Positions 9,139 to 19,401 of a stretch of DNA of 64,000 nucleotides are shown in pieces. Both the position numbers and the translations under genes were made by a program. The DNA is from an uncultured Candidatus Binatia bacterium (GTDB lineage Bacteria; Desulfobacterota; Binatia; Bin18). The notes below the pieces were generated by a model. It had not been told where the DNA came from. It was given only the letters and a program-made list of their open reading frames with translations, and made no database searches. How positions within the stretch are numbered: position 1 is the first letter of the stretch; the number at the start of each line of letters is the position of its first letter. The DNA is taken from NCBI GenBank assembly GCA_965200965.1, contig OZ241744.1, positions 2,944,001 through 3,008,000 on the forward strand. Reading direction: 5' to 3'.

Positions 9139-11016
9139 TCAATTGTTCGGCAGTTCTTGAACAGAAAATTCATCAGACTCAGGCAAATGCAAGAGAGATT
9201 CCATCAGCGTCGCTAGGGAGGCGTTAATTTGGTGCGCTTCCTCATCAAGACGCTGCATTTCGGCCAGGATATCCCTGATTGGGCGCTGGGTTGTGGCGTC
9301 TGTCTGCCCCACCCACCGGCTCGGGCTCAGGTTGTAGTCGGCTGCCGCTGCCTGCTCTCGGGTGATGACGGCAAGCTCGCCGTCAACCGGCTCGCCCTTC
9401 AGGAAGGCCGCGGCCAAGGGCCGAATGTCCTCCTCGGGGATGAAGTTCTTGGGCCGGCCTTTGCGGACGTGGCGGCTGGCGTTCAGCAGCACGATGGTGT
9501 CCTGGCGGGCCGGCGGCTTGCGCTTGGACAGGACCACGATCACGCCGGCGGCACTGGTGTTGTAGAACAGGTTGTCGGGCAGCAGGATCACGCCGTCAAT
9601 CAGGTCACGGTCCACAAACCACTTGCGGATGTTGCGCTCCCGGTCCTCATGCCTGCTGCCCGACCCGCGTGTCACCGCGCCGGTGTCAAGCACAACCGCG
9701 GCCCGCCCACGCTCGTTCAGGCAGGCTAGGCTGTGCTGAAGCCAGGCCCAGTCTCCCTTGCCGCTGGTCACGCCGCCCCGCAGGCGAAAACGGTCAAACG
9801 GGTCGTTGGCGAAGACCTCCGAACCGAAGGGCTGGTTCCACATCGGATTGGCAATCACAATGTCGTGGCTGGCGAGCTGGCCGGAGGCGGTCTTGAACCT
9901 GGGGTTGAGCATGGTGTCGCCGCGGTCGATTGCAACCGTCATGTCGTGGATGATGGCGTTCATGTGGGCCACGGCGTAGCTCTCGGGCTGAAGCTCCTGG
10001 CCGGAGAGCTTGAGCGGCACCCGGCTGATGGGGTCAAGCGCACGCGCCACAAGTTGCAGCTTGACCAGCAGCCCAGCTGAGCCGCAGGCGTAGTCATGAC
10101 AGTCCTCGCCGGGTTTGGGGCGCATCAGGTGGGCCATCAGAAAGCCGACCTCGGTCGGGGTGAAGAACTCGCCGGCACTCTGGCCCGAGCCCTCGGCAAA
10201 CTTGCGCAGCAGGTATTCATACGCCCGCCCCAGAAAATCGGGCTGCACATCGGCCAGGCCGAGCCGGTAGCGCGGATCGGAAAAGGTCTCAACCACCGCG
10301 GTGAGCTTGGCCGGGTTGATCTCACGCTCGCCATTGCGCTCGGCGGCAAAATCAACCAGGTCAATCACGCCCGAAAGCGAAGGATTGTGGCGGACGACCG
10401 CCCGCACCGCCTTGGTCAGATGCTCCCCAATGTCCCTGGGCCGGGTGCTCTGGCCCTGCTCGTCAGCCGGCCACTCATAGCCTTCACGGCCGCTGATCAC
10501 GCCCCAACGCGCTTCCGGCGGCAGGTAGAAGCGCAGCAATTCGTGGTCGCGCTCGGCAATCTCCCTGGCAAGCTCGCGGTCCGCGTACTCCTCGGCCAGC
10601 CGCTCAAGCTCGTCGTCAAAAACGTCCGACAGACGTTTGAGGAAGAGCAGCGGCAGCAGGTAGTCCTTGAACTTGGCGGCGTCTTTCTCCCCCCGGATGG
10701 AGCAGGCCGCGTCCCATAACATCTGCTCCATCGTCTTTGTTGACGCAACCGCAGAACGGCTGTCTTTGCGTCGCCTCCGGCGTGTCACCCGCGCCGCGGC
10801 TTCGGGAGGGGCCGATTCCATTGGGTTGATGCCGGCCTCCGCGGCCAGGGTGGCGATAGCCTCCTGGGCAGCCTTCTGCGGCTTGGTCACGCCGCCCTCC
10901 CAGCGGTTGATGCTGGCGAAAGAGACACCGAGCCGGTCGGCAAGCTGTTCCTGGCTGAGATCAAGGCTGGCGCGCAGGGCGCGCAGGGTAGCCGGTATGG
11001 CGCGTGAATCTGTCAT
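9139..11016 (-). CDS. hsdM: Type I RM methyltransferase subunit M with N-terminal XRE-type HTH fusion
   Basis: [23 protein letters not shown] (HTH), [24 protein letters not shown] (SAM binding), NPMW catalytic motif; ATG at 11016 after AGAGG. Confidence 0.93.
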   Translation of the reverse strand: MTDSRAIPATLRALRASLDLSQEQLADRLGVSFASINRWEGGVTKPQKAAQEAIATLAAEAGINPMESAPPEAAARVTRRRRRKDSRSAVASTKTMEQMLWDAACSIRGEKDAAKFKDYLLPLLFLKRLSDVFDDELERLAEEYADRELAREIAERDHELLRFYLPPEARWGVISGREGYEWPADEQGQSTRPRDIGEHLTKAVRAVVRHNPSLSGVIDLVDFAAERNGEREINPAKLTAVVETFSDPRYRLGLADVQPDFLGRAYEYLLRKFAEGSGQSAGEFFTPTEVGFLMAHLMRPKPGEDCHDYACGSAGLLVKLQLVARALDPISRVPLKLSGQELQPESYAVAHMNAIIHDMTVAIDRGDTMLNPRFKTASGQLASHDIVIANPMWNQPFGSEVFANDPFDRFRLRGGVTSGKGDWAWLQHSLACLNERGRAAVVLDTGAVTRGSGSRHEDRERNIRKWFVDRDLIDGVILLPDNLFYNTSAAGVIVVLSKRKPPARQDTIVLLNASRHVRKGRPKNFIPEEDIRPLAAAFLKGEPVDGELAVITREQAAAADYNLSPSRWVGQTDATTQRPIRDILAEMQRLDEEAHQINASLATLMESLLHLPESDEFSVQELPNN

Positions 11017-11035
11017 GTTTTCCTCTATGAGAGAG

Positions 11036-11064
11036 CAGATATGACAGATATCGCAGAAAGTCAA
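11036..11064 (-). promoter_or_regulatory. Putative sigma70 promoter of the RM operon with ATATCTG direct repeats
   Basis: TTGACT-N17-TATCTG on the minus strand, 20 nt upstream of the hsdM ATG; two ATATCTG copies overlap the spacer and -10 box. Confidence 0.5.
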
Positions 11065-11219
11065 GCGGGTCAGGACTCAGACTAAGGCAGCATCGAACCG
11101 TCCAGTTTTTCATACAGGAGAGCCTTACCGTGGGCTGGAAGAGGCGGATCGCCGCATGGGGCGGATTCGTGCGTGTCGTCCCTGCCCCAACTTCGGACGG
11201 CGCATAGACGGGACGGCGG

Positions 11220-11696
11220 CTAGTCGGCCAGGCGGCGGTATTTGCCTTTGTAGAACAGCAGGGGCTCGGCATCGGCGGTGGCTATGGTCTGGACCTCGCC
11301 GGTGTAGATGGTGTGGTCGCCGCCCGTGTAGCCGGCGGCGACCCTGCATTCGATATGGGCGATAGCTCCGTCAAGCAGCGGCACGCCAAGTGCGCCAAGG
11401 CTGTAGGGGACGCCTTCAAACTTCTCAATGCCCTTGGTGGCAAAGCGGGTGGACAGGGCTTCCTGCTCCAGCGACAGCACATTGACCGCAAAGACCCCGG
11501 AGTCTTCAAAGCAGGCGTAGCAGTCAACGGTTTTATCAACGCAGACCAGCAGCAGGGGGGGGTCAAGCGACAGCGAGCTGAACGCATTGGCGGTCAGGCC
11601 AAACGGCTTGTCGCTGCTGTCCTTGGTGGTAATGACGGTCACGCCGGTGGCAAAATGCCCCATGACGTTGCGGAGCTCGCGCGAATCAATAGCCAT
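11220..11696 (-). CDS. Flavin reductase (HpaC/DIM6/NTAB family)
   Basis: LRNVMGHFATGVTVIT, SSLSLDPP, GGDHTIY, PLLFYKG. Confidence 0.95.
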   Translation of the reverse strand: MAIDSRELRNVMGHFATGVTVITTKDSSDKPFGLTANAFSSLSLDPPLLLVCVDKTVDCYACFEDSGVFAVNVLSLEQEALSTRFATKGIEKFEGVPYSLGALGVPLLDGAIAHIECRVAAGYTGGDHTIYTGEVQTIATADAEPLLFYKGKYRRLAD

Positions 11697-11726
11697 GCCG
11701 CCCTCCTTGGTTGTGCTGTATGACTG

Positions 11727-12851
11727 CTACCAGAGGCGGCCAGGGGCGTCAATTGCGGGGGCGGACGGTGAGAGGAGCGCACGGGCCACATCCCTGTCAC
11801 AGCCCGGTGCCCGCCCAAACACCTTCTCCCACACCGGCGCGGTTTCCATGCACATGTACACGGGTACGCTGGGTGCGGCGTGTCTGAGCCAGCGGCTGAG
11901 GGTCCGGTACATGGTGACCCGCAGGGGTTGAAAGGTGCGCCATTTTCCGTCGGCGCAGCGCACCTGCTCGCCCGACAGCAGACGGGTCTGGGGGAAGCGG
12001 CGGCGCATGGTGGCCCGCAGGGCCGGGGTGAGACGCAGGCTGCCGAGACTGAGCCAGGCGACGCCCTGAGGGTCAATGGCGGAAAACAGGCGGTCAATGG
12101 TCTGGCGATAGCCGGCCTGCCAGTCGGGGTACTCAATCAGCGGATCAAAATGAAAGCCGAGCCGATAGCCGGCCCGCTGGGCCCGGCGGCCCGCTTCGAG
12201 GCGGTCGGCAAACGACGCTGTGCCGTGTTCTTCGGCCTCGGCGATCTCTGGCGGGGTGATCGTCCACGACACCACCGTGCGCCCGTTGTGGTCCAGCCCG
12301 AGCAGCCCCTCAACGCAGTCGGTCTTGGTTTTGAGTTCGAGCACGACGTTTTTGCGCTGGGCAAAAAACGGCACCAGGTCTGCCGAAAAGCCGAGCAGTG
12401 GATCAAGGGCCAGGCTGTCGGATAATTCTCCGGTCCCGATGCGGAATTGCTTCCACGGCTGGCGGTCAACCGCAGCCGCCACCTCGTCAAGCATGTCGTT
12501 CACATTGGTGTACACGGTCAAGAGCGGGTTGTTGGCCAGATAGTCCTGGAGAAAGCAGTAGCTACAGTCCATCGGGCAGTTTGAGATCAGGCTGACCACC
12601 AGGTAGTTACAGCACACCAGACCGGGCGTTCCGGCCGGGCAGTGTTCGAGAAAGCGGGCGCGGTTGCGGGTGAACACGAGGCTTTTTTTGCCGGCTGCAA
12701 ACGGGTCCGGCGGCCCGTCGGCGGCGGTCCGGGGGGGCGTGTCCACGCTGCGGACCGGCACATGGGGCAGGCCTTGCAGGGTGCGCCGGACAACGGGCGC
12801 GTGTTCTTCGCCCCGTTCAATCAGAATTTCGTGCGGCTGATAGTGGTGCAT
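11727..12851 (-). CDS. Spore photoproduct lyase-like radical SAM protein
   Basis: CPMDCSYC (CxxxCxxC) followed by FLQ; RIGTGELSDSLA, ELKTK, GFHFDP, YMCME. Confidence 0.85.
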   Translation of the reverse strand: MHHYQPHEILIERGEEHAPVVRRTLQGLPHVPVRSVDTPPRTAADGPPDPFAAGKKSLVFTRNRARFLEHCPAGTPGLVCCNYLVVSLISNCPMDCSYCFLQDYLANNPLLTVYTNVNDMLDEVAAAVDRQPWKQFRIGTGELSDSLALDPLLGFSADLVPFFAQRKNVVLELKTKTDCVEGLLGLDHNGRTVVSWTITPPEIAEAEEHGTASFADRLEAGRRAQRAGYRLGFHFDPLIEYPDWQAGYRQTIDRLFSAIDPQGVAWLSLGSLRLTPALRATMRRRFPQTRLLSGEQVRCADGKWRTFQPLRVTMYRTLSRWLRHAAPSVPVYMCMETAPVWEKVFGRAPGCDRDVARALLSPSAPAIDAPGRLW

Positions 12852-12908
12852 GGCGGAGGACGGAGCATAAAACGTCGCCCCTGAAACGTCAAACCTGAAT
12901 CCCGATCC

Positions 12909-13442
12909 TCAGGCTTCGTCAAGCAGCTTGAAGAGGCGTTGGAATGAGCCGTCTGTGAGGCGTTGCCGGAGGCGGGACAGGACAGCCTCAAGCTCTTCTG
13001 CGCTCTTGACCCTGACTTCGAGCGTGACCTCATCGCCCTCAAAGGCGGGCGGAAAGGCAAGACGGACCTGGCGGCCGAGGGCGAGGGCTGTGACGCCGGA
13101 GTGCAACTCGCGCTCTAAGCGGGCGAGACGTGGGTAGCGCAGGGTGCGCAGCGCCGCCTTGACCGCTTTGAGCTTGTCGTTGCGGGATTGCCGCTGTTGC
13201 AGGGGCCGCCGTATCTCTGGCCGCTGCAACAGCGCCGCAATACTGCCCCCGTCCCGCAGCACAATCTCCTCCAGCCAGTCCAGAAAGTCGCGGACTTGAT
13301 TCTCGCCCAGTTGGAGGGCGTGGGCCAGACCGAGCAGCGCGCGCTGGTCGGACTCAGCCCAGGCCAGCCAACGGGCGAGCGTTGGCTGGCTCACCCGTTT
13401 TTGCTCGGCATAGCTCTCAAGAGACGGCAGCGCGGTCGCCAT
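12909..13442 (-). CDS. Hypothetical helical protein (possibly ParB C-terminal-like)
   Basis: Overlaps the GT2 gene; LRTLRYPRLARLE...PPAFEG; start uncertain (13442 or further upstream). Confidence 0.55.
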   Translation of the reverse strand: MATALPSLESYAEQKRVSQPTLARWLAWAESDQRALLGLAHALQLGENQVRDFLDWLEEIVLRDGGSIAALLQRPEIRRPLQQRQSRNDKLKAVKAALRTLRYPRLARLERELHSGVTALALGRQVRLAFPPAFEGDEVTLEVRVKSAEELEAVLSRLRQRLTDGSFQRLFKLLDEA

Positions 13443-14286
13443 AGCCCTCTCGGCGTCTTTCCCCCCCATAGGCTGCCGCCAGCCGCTCATAGGCCCGACC
13501 GCTCTTGCCCCGTTTCCTCGCGCCTCGGGCCAGGACGGCGCATTTTTTCTGCAAGACCCAGACAGTCAGGCGTCGTTGCCCGGCGGACAAGATGCCGGAC
13601 TCGAGCAACTTGTGGAGTGCCCTGACCCGAAACCGATCCATGCCCCAGAACCGTTGCGAGAGCTGATCCGGGTGGCCGCCGCGCCTGATGACCAGGGGCG
13701 CGTCAAGCAGGTGGATGGGCTGGGTCGCCCCAATCCGCAGCCACAAGTCGTAGTCTTCGCAGGCCGGCAGGCGCGGATCAAAGCCGCCGACCCGGTCAAA
13801 GACGGCGCGGCGGAGCATCACGGCCGAGGGACTGACCAGACACCGCTCCAGGCTGCGGGCAAAAATGTCTCCGCCCGTCTTGCGGTGCTTGGTGTGCGGA
13901 TTGACCCGCACGCCGCGGCGGAGCCAGATTTCCCCGGTTTGACAGATGGACGCCTGGGGATGCGCACCAAAGAAGGCCAGTTGGCGCTCCAGCTTGGCCG
14001 GTTGCCACACATCGTCTGAGTCGAGGAAGGCCAGGTAGCGTCCGCGGCTGAGGGCGACGCCGGTGTTGCGCGCGACCGAAACGCCCCGGTTGGCCTGACG
14101 GACATAGCGCATGCCCGGACAGACCGACGAGAAGTCAGCGGCCACAGTCCCGGTATCATCGTCCGAGCCGTCATCAACCACAATCAACTCAAAGTCCTGA
14201 CAGGTCTGGGCCACAACCGAGGCGATCGCGTCCCGAACATACTCGCGGCGGTTATGGGTGGGGATGATGACAGACACGGTGGGCAT
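13417..14286 (-). CDS. Glycosyltransferase family 2
   Basis: VSVIIPTHNR, VVDDGS, FLDSDD, EDYDLWLR. Confidence 0.93.
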   Translation of the reverse strand: MPTVSVIIPTHNRREYVRDAIASVVAQTCQDFELIVVDDGSDDDTGTVAADFSSVCPGMRYVRQANRGVSVARNTGVALSRGRYLAFLDSDDVWQPAKLERQLAFFGAHPQASICQTGEIWLRRGVRVNPHTKHRKTGGDIFARSLERCLVSPSAVMLRRAVFDRVGGFDPRLPACEDYDLWLRIGATQPIHLLDAPLVIRRGGHPDQLSQRFWGMDRFRVRALHKLLESGILSAGQRRLTVWVLQKKCAVLARGARKRGKSGRAYERLAAAYGGERRREGYGDRAAVS

Positions 14287-14297
14287 GACACGGCCTC

Positions 14298-14912
14298 TCA
14301 GCGGGACGACGATCTCTTCCTGAGGTCATCATCGTCCACCGTGCCGGCAAGGGCCTCCAGGGCGGTCCACAACTCGTCTTTGCCGGTGCCGTCCTGGGCA
14401 GAAAACAGCAGGGGCGGATAGCCGCCGAGGCGTTTTCCCAGAGCCTGACGCTGGCGCTCACGTTGGGCGCGTTTCAGTGTGTCGCACTTGGTCGCCACCA
14501 CCACAAAGGGCCGCCGGTGATGGGCCAGGAACTCGCACAGGGCGTACTCTTCGTCTTCCGGCCCGCGGCGCAGATCGACAAGAATGACTACGCCGCACAG
14601 CTTGGCAGCGTGGATCACATAGTGTTCAACCAGGCGTTGCCACGCCCGGCGGTCCTGCTTTGAGACCTTGGCATAGCCGTAGCCAGGCAGATCAACAAAG
14701 GTCAGGGCGCTGTTGACAACAAAGAAGTTGAGCTGCCGGGTGCGGCCCGGGGTGCTGCCGGTGCGGGCAATTTTGCGATTGAGCAGGCGGTTGATCAGCG
14801 AGGACTTGCCGACATTCGAGCGACCGGCAAACGCAATCTCGGGGTAGGGCAGGGCCGGGGTCCGGTCCGGTGTTGCCACCGCCCCGGCAAATTCAACGCC
14901 TGAGACCTTCAT
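14298..14912 (-). CDS. engB: Ribosome biogenesis GTP-binding protein EngB/YihA/YsxC
   Basis: GRSNVGKSS, TPGRT, DLPGYGYA, TKCD. Confidence 0.93.
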   Translation of the reverse strand: MKVSGVEFAGAVATPDRTPALPYPEIAFAGRSNVGKSSLINRLLNRKIARTGSTPGRTRQLNFFVVNSALTFVDLPGYGYAKVSKQDRRAWQRLVEHYVIHAAKLCGVVILVDLRRGPEDEEYALCEFLAHHRRPFVVVATKCDTLKRAQRERQRQALGKRLGGYPPLLFSAQDGTGKDELWTALEALAGTVDDDDLRKRSSSR

Positions 14913-15050
14913 GTGGGCTTGGGCTTAGCCGGCTTTGCCGGCTGGCGCAAGGGCCGCCCGGTCTCAACACAAGGTGCTCGGAGCCTGCTCTTTCTTCTGT
15001 GCGCCTTTTGCGCTAGTGAGGAGCCCAACGCCACCACGCGAGTGTCTGCC

Positions 15051-15443
15051 ATGAATCAATTCTCCGGGTTGCTGATTACCGCCCTGTCTGTCCTGGCCGC
15101 CGCGATTGTTTCGGGCCTGCGTCTGAAACCGTATATCGACGCCGGGGCGGCGCGTACGCCGGCCTCATTCATGCTGTATCCGGTCCTCGTCACCCTGGCC
15201 ATCACCGTGCCGGTGGTCTTCCTGCTGCGCAAAATCCAGGGCAAGAAAGATATTGACATCGGTCCGGTCCGGTTCAACGACCGGATGTCATTTATTGCCC
15301 TCGGCTGTATCGTCTATGCGCTTATCTCGCTGACCTTCTTCTACGACCGGGCCCCGGTTGTCAGGCCCGCTCCTCAGCGCTTCCAGCCGGCCGAGCCGCG
15401 GCCGGCTGAGCCGCTGAACATTGTCTTCCCGGCAGCCCGGTGA
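15051..15443 (+). CDS. Small membrane protein
   Basis: Three hydrophobic segments from ATG 15051; upstream of the thioesterase. Confidence 0.6.
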   Translation: MNQFSGLLITALSVLAAAIVSGLRLKPYIDAGAARTPASFMLYPVLVTLAITVPVVFLLRKIQGKKDIDIGPVRFNDRMSFIALGCIVYALISLTFFYDRAPVVRPAPQRFQPAEPRPAEPLNIVFPAAR

Positions 15444-15455
15444 CGGAGCGCAGCA

Positions 15456-15842
15456 ATGGAGACGTGGCAACCCGACCAGTTTGCCCTGGTGCTTGGCGTA
15501 CAACTCCAGGAGCTGGGTCCCGACCGGTGTCGGATGCGCCTGCCGTTTCAGCCGGGGATCCGCACCGGCGGCGAGGTGGTCCACGGTGGTGCGATTGCCA
15601 GCCTGATTGACAGTGCCGGGGTCGCCGCCGCCTGGTCAAACGTCACCACCTCGCCGAGCCGGGGGGCGACGGCAGCTATGACCGTCAGCTTTCTGTCGCC
15701 GGCCGCGGCCACCGACCTGTTTGCCGAGGCACGGGTCATCCGCCGGGGCCACCGCCTGGTTTTTGTGGAGATTGACGTGACCGGCGCGGCTGGCCAGCCG
15801 GTCGCCAAAGGGCTGCTGACCTATAAGCTGAGCTATGGCTAG
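15456..15842 (+). CDS. PaaI family thioesterase
   Basis: VHGGAIASLID hotdog motif. Confidence 0.9.
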   Translation: METWQPDQFALVLGVQLQELGPDRCRMRLPFQPGIRTGGEVVHGGAIASLIDSAGVAAAWSNVTTSPSRGATAAMTVSFLSPAAATDLFAEARVIRRGHRLVFVEIDVTGAAGQPVAKGLLTYKLSYG

Positions 15843-15894
15843 AACGGCCGGCCCGCCCCTTTCCAAGCCTGGGGCTTTGGGTTAGATAGACGCC

Positions 15895-16929
15895 ATGGCA
15901 TTACCGCTTCCGGGCAACTGGCGTCGTCAGCCGCCCCTCGCGTGGTCTCCTCCGCTTCCGCCCCAGACCCCCCAGCGACGGCTGCCGCTGCTGCCCGTCA
16001 TGCTCTTTGTGACAACCCTGGCCACCACCACCCTTGCCGGGGCTTTTCAGCGTGGCATAGACCCGCTCGTTGACCCCGGAGCGATTGTGCTGGGGCTGCC
16101 TTTTGCCCTCACCCTGATGGCCATCCTGCTGTCGCATGAAATGGGCCATTACTGCTTGGCGCGTGTCCACGGCGTGCTGGCGAGTCTGCCGTATTTTTTG
16201 CCGGCACCCCCGTACCTCTTTCCGATCGGGACCTTTGGCGCTTTTATTCGGATGCAATCCCCCCCGCATGATCGACGGGCGCTGTTTGATGTGGGGGCGG
16301 CTGGGCCGTGGGCCGGCGTGTGCGTGGCGATCCCGGCGGTCATGGTCGGCCTGTCTCTGTCCGAGGTGCGCCCCCTGTCTCGCTTTGAGGGCGGCCTGAT
16401 TCTGGGCGACTCGCTGCTGTTCTCGGCCCTCACCTCCCTCGTCCTCGGCGTGGATGCCGATCAGGTGAGCGTGATTCTGCATCCGGTTGCGCTGGCCGGC
16501 TGGTTTGGCCTGTTTGTCACCTGTCTCAACCTGCTGCCGGTCGGGCAGTTGGACGGCGGCCATGTGGTGTACTCCCTGTTTGGCCCTGGTCATCGTTGGA
16601 TTGCGCGGGCGTTCCTGGCCGTCATTTTTGTGCTGGGCTATCAGTACTGGTTGGGCTGGTATGTGTGGCTGGTGTTGCTGGTGGTCCTGGGCATCAACCA
16701 TCCACCGGTCCGCGACCTGTCGTCACCGCTTGACCCGCGCCGAAAAATCTACGCCTGGTGTACGGTCGGGCTGTTTGGGCTGACCTTTATGCCGATGCCG
16801 CTGAGTCTTGCCGAACCGCACCCGTTTCCCAGCGCGGAGGCGACGCCGGTCGCCTACCGGCCCGCCGCGGCCCGACCCGACCCGTTCCGTCACGCGCCGT
16901 CCGGCGTGGTGGTGGTCTATCGGCCATGA
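15895..16929 (+). CDS. Site-2 protease (peptidase M50)
   Basis: HEMGH and [12 protein letters not shown], multiple TM segments. Confidence 0.93.
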   Translation: MALPLPGNWRRQPPLAWSPPLPPQTPQRRLPLLPVMLFVTTLATTTLAGAFQRGIDPLVDPGAIVLGLPFALTLMAILLSHEMGHYCLARVHGVLASLPYFLPAPPYLFPIGTFGAFIRMQSPPHDRRALFDVGAAGPWAGVCVAIPAVMVGLSLSEVRPLSRFEGGLILGDSLLFSALTSLVLGVDADQVSVILHPVALAGWFGLFVTCLNLLPVGQLDGGHVVYSLFGPGHRWIARAFLAVIFVLGYQYWLGWYVWLVLLVVLGINHPPVRDLSSPLDPRRKIYAWCTVGLFGLTFMPMPLSLAEPHPFPSAEATPVAYRPAAARPDPFRHAPSGVVVVYRP

Positions 16930-16939
16930 GGGCGCGGCG

Positions 16940-17443
16940 ATGAGGGCACGGCTGTCGTGGGATCACTACTTTCTCAATATCACCCGTCAGGTGGCGGAAC
17001 GTTCGACCTGCCCCCGGGCACAGGTCGGGGCGGTGATTGTACGCGACCGGAGTCTGCTGGCGTCCGGCTATAACGGCGCACCCTCGGGTCTGCCCCACTG
17101 TAGCGAGGTCGGCTGTCTGGTCTATGAGTCGCGCAACCCGGATGGACAGATCGAGGAGAACTGTTACCGGACGATTCATGCCGAGATCAATGCGATTGCA
17201 CAGGCCGCCAAGCATGGGGTGAGTATTCGGGACGCGGACATCTATGTCACCCATACCCCGTGCGTCCACTGCCTCAAAGTCTTGGTCAACACGGGCATCA
17301 CACGCGTCTTCTACGACCGGGTCTACAAGCTGGAGACGGTCCGCCACCTGCTTGAGGCCGCGGATGTCCGGCTCATCAAGATCGGGGCGGCACCCGCCGA
17401 GCAGGCCGCGGCCCGGCCCGAGCGCGCCACCTGGCCCGGCTAG
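16940..17443 (+). CDS. dCMP deaminase / ComEB family
   Basis: RSTC...VGAVIV, GYNG, HAEINA, PCVHC. Confidence 0.92.
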   Translation: MRARLSWDHYFLNITRQVAERSTCPRAQVGAVIVRDRSLLASGYNGAPSGLPHCSEVGCLVYESRNPDGQIEENCYRTIHAEINAIAQAAKHGVSIRDADIYVTHTPCVHCLKVLVNTGITRVFYDRVYKLETVRHLLEAADVRLIKIGAAPAEQAAARPERATWPG

Positions 17444-17646
17444 GGTTCGGCTGTGACCTGGTTGGTGGCCTGCTCGGCTGAGACCGGGGCTGGCACCTGT
17501 TCATAGCGGCCGAACTGCTGGGCCGCGGCCAAGAGCACGACGGTCAGCACCAGAACGGCAAGCAGGAGGTCCAGGATACTGATCCCCCGGACCTCTGCGC
17601 CGAGCGACGCAAGACGGCGAAAAAACGAGTGACGGAGTACGGGCAT
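17440..17646 (-). CDS. Small single-TM hypothetical protein
   Basis: 68-aa ORF with one hydrophobic helix, after an AAGGA RBS, downstream of the acyltransferase. Confidence 0.5.
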   Translation of the reverse strand: MPVLRHSFFRRLASLGAEVRGISILDLLLAVLVLTVVLLAAAQQFGRYEQVPAPVSAEQATNQVTAEP

Positions 17647-17691
17647 GACGAATCCTTACAGGGCGCATCTTGGGCGGCTTGGCTTGGTCGG

Positions 17692-18660
17692 TCAAGAGTA
17701 GAGCGGCGTTTCACCCGGCCGGCGGCGCTTCCAGCGTTTATGAATCCACAGCCAGTGGTCCGGGTATTGCTCAACGATATGTTGAAACACCGCGGTAAAC
17801 TTTGCCGTGGTCGCCACGAGGTCGGCCGCCTGATTGCCGGTGCGAATGGGCGCAATCGGCGGTAGAATGACAATCCGATGCTGCCAGGAACCCCGCTCCC
17901 GGATCAGAAAGGCCGGGATGACCGGAACCTGGGTGGCCAGGGCCAGGCCGGCCAAGCCGGTTGAGGTCGAAGCCGCGTGTCCGAAAAAGGGCACAAAGAC
18001 GCCCATCCGGCCCGAGGCGTTCTGATCGATCGCGGCCACCACCACGCCGTTGTTGCGAATGGCGCGAAAGACATCCAGGCCCGCGGTGGTTTTGCGGATG
18101 ACGCGGTTGCCGCTGTGGCGACGCTGGGTGACGATAAACTCGTCCACAAACGGATTGCGCAGCCGTCGATGAATGATATGCACCGGGACGCCGTAACAGG
18201 CGTGGGCGTGGGCCAGGAGTTCCCAGTTGCCGAAATGTCCGGTGAGGACGAGCACGCCGGTGTGCTGGTATTGTTTGACCAGGCTGGACCACTGGGCCCT
18301 GTCGGCAAACCGGACCCGCTCGGCGATATTGTCCGGGGTCAGGCTGTGGAGGTGGCAGAATTCGGCGATCAGACGCCCGAGGTTCAGCCAGCTCTCGCGC
18401 AGAATCCTGGCCCGCTCGGCCGGCTTCTTGTCGGGAAACGCCAGCGAGAGGTTGGTCAGCCCGACCCGGCGGTGGGGCCGGTCCAGCCAGTACAGCAGCC
18501 GCCCGATGCCCTCGCCGAGGCGAAAGGCGAGGGGAAACGGCAGCTTTTGAAAAAAGAAGAAGACGCCCCGCAGCAGGATGTGCTCGCAGCGCGCCAGCAG
18601 CCAGCGCTTTTGACGGGCGGGGCGAATCCTCTTTTTTTTGCGTTCAGGGGCCGGGGGCAT
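17692..18660 (-). CDS. Lipid A biosynthesis lauroyl/myristoyl acyltransferase (LpxL/HtrB family)
   Basis: HFGNWEL, DQN, VPFFG, PDHWLWIHKRWK; start inferred at 18660. Confidence 0.9.
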   Translation of the reverse strand: MPPAPERKKKRIRPARQKRWLLARCEHILLRGVFFFFQKLPFPLAFRLGEGIGRLLYWLDRPHRRVGLTNLSLAFPDKKPAERARILRESWLNLGRLIAEFCHLHSLTPDNIAERVRFADRAQWSSLVKQYQHTGVLVLTGHFGNWELLAHAHACYGVPVHIIHRRLRNPFVDEFIVTQRRHSGNRVIRKTTAGLDVFRAIRNNGVVVAAIDQNASGRMGVFVPFFGHAASTSTGLAGLALATQVPVIPAFLIRERGSWQHRIVILPPIAPIRTGNQAADLVATTAKFTAVFQHIVEQYPDHWLWIHKRWKRRRPGETPLYS

Positions 18661-19240
18661 CGGAGAAGGAAAAGCCGAAGGCTTCGCGCTCTTTGGCCTC
18701 GAGGTCGGCAAATACCGCCCGGTCAATCGCCCGGTAGCGCTCAAGGCTGGCCAGTGCCTTGTCCGGCCCGCCGCCCGCCGCGGCCAACTCAGCGAGCTTG
18801 CCCGTGATCCAGCCGATATGCCACTTCTCGTCCTTGGTCACTTCGTGCAGGATGCGCAAGGTCTGCCGATCGACATCCGGACGCTGGGCGTGTTTGAGAT
18901 AGCGCTCTTGGGCGCGCTCTTCAACAACCACCGTGAGGGCGAACAGGTCAAGCAGGGTCTTGGGAATACGGATCGACTTGCCGATCCGCGTCTGATAGCC
19001 GTCGTCTATTGGTACCGGAGCACAACCAAGGTCGGCGATATGCTTGGTCCACAGCCACGCATGGCGCGTTTCGTCGGCCAGGTGGCGGGACAGTTTGGTC
19101 TGGGTTTCGGGATCATCAACGCGCCTGATGAGCTTGAGCAGCAGGCTTGCCCCGCGCAACTCGGCGTCACGGTAGTAGCTGAACAGATGAATCATCCGTT
19201 GATCCACTGGCGTCACTCTTGTATCCTCCACTCCGTACAC
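18644..19240 (-). CDS. Ferritin-like domain protein
   Basis: Two ExxH motifs (DETRH, DEKWH) in a four-helix pattern; start uncertain. Confidence 0.8.
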   Translation of the reverse strand: MYGVEDTRVTPVDQRMIHLFSYYRDAELRGASLLLKLIRRVDDPETQTKLSRHLADETRHAWLWTKHIADLGCAPVPIDDGYQTRIGKSIRIPKTLLDLFALTVVVEERAQERYLKHAQRPDVDRQTLRILHEVTKDEKWHIGWITGKLAELAAAGGGPDKALASLERYRAIDRAVFADLEAKEREAFGFSFSDAPGP

Positions 19241-19401
19241 CCTTTCGTCCCATCAAAGCCTGCTCCTGGATGTAAAGCAAGCGTCAGACAAAAGCAATAA
19301 CCCCGGTTCCCGAGCCATGTGTCTGAACATTGACAAATACTGATGTTTTTGTCTTTTCATAACCTGTTGTACGCTACCAGACTTGAGCGTGGGCTGGCAA
19401 G

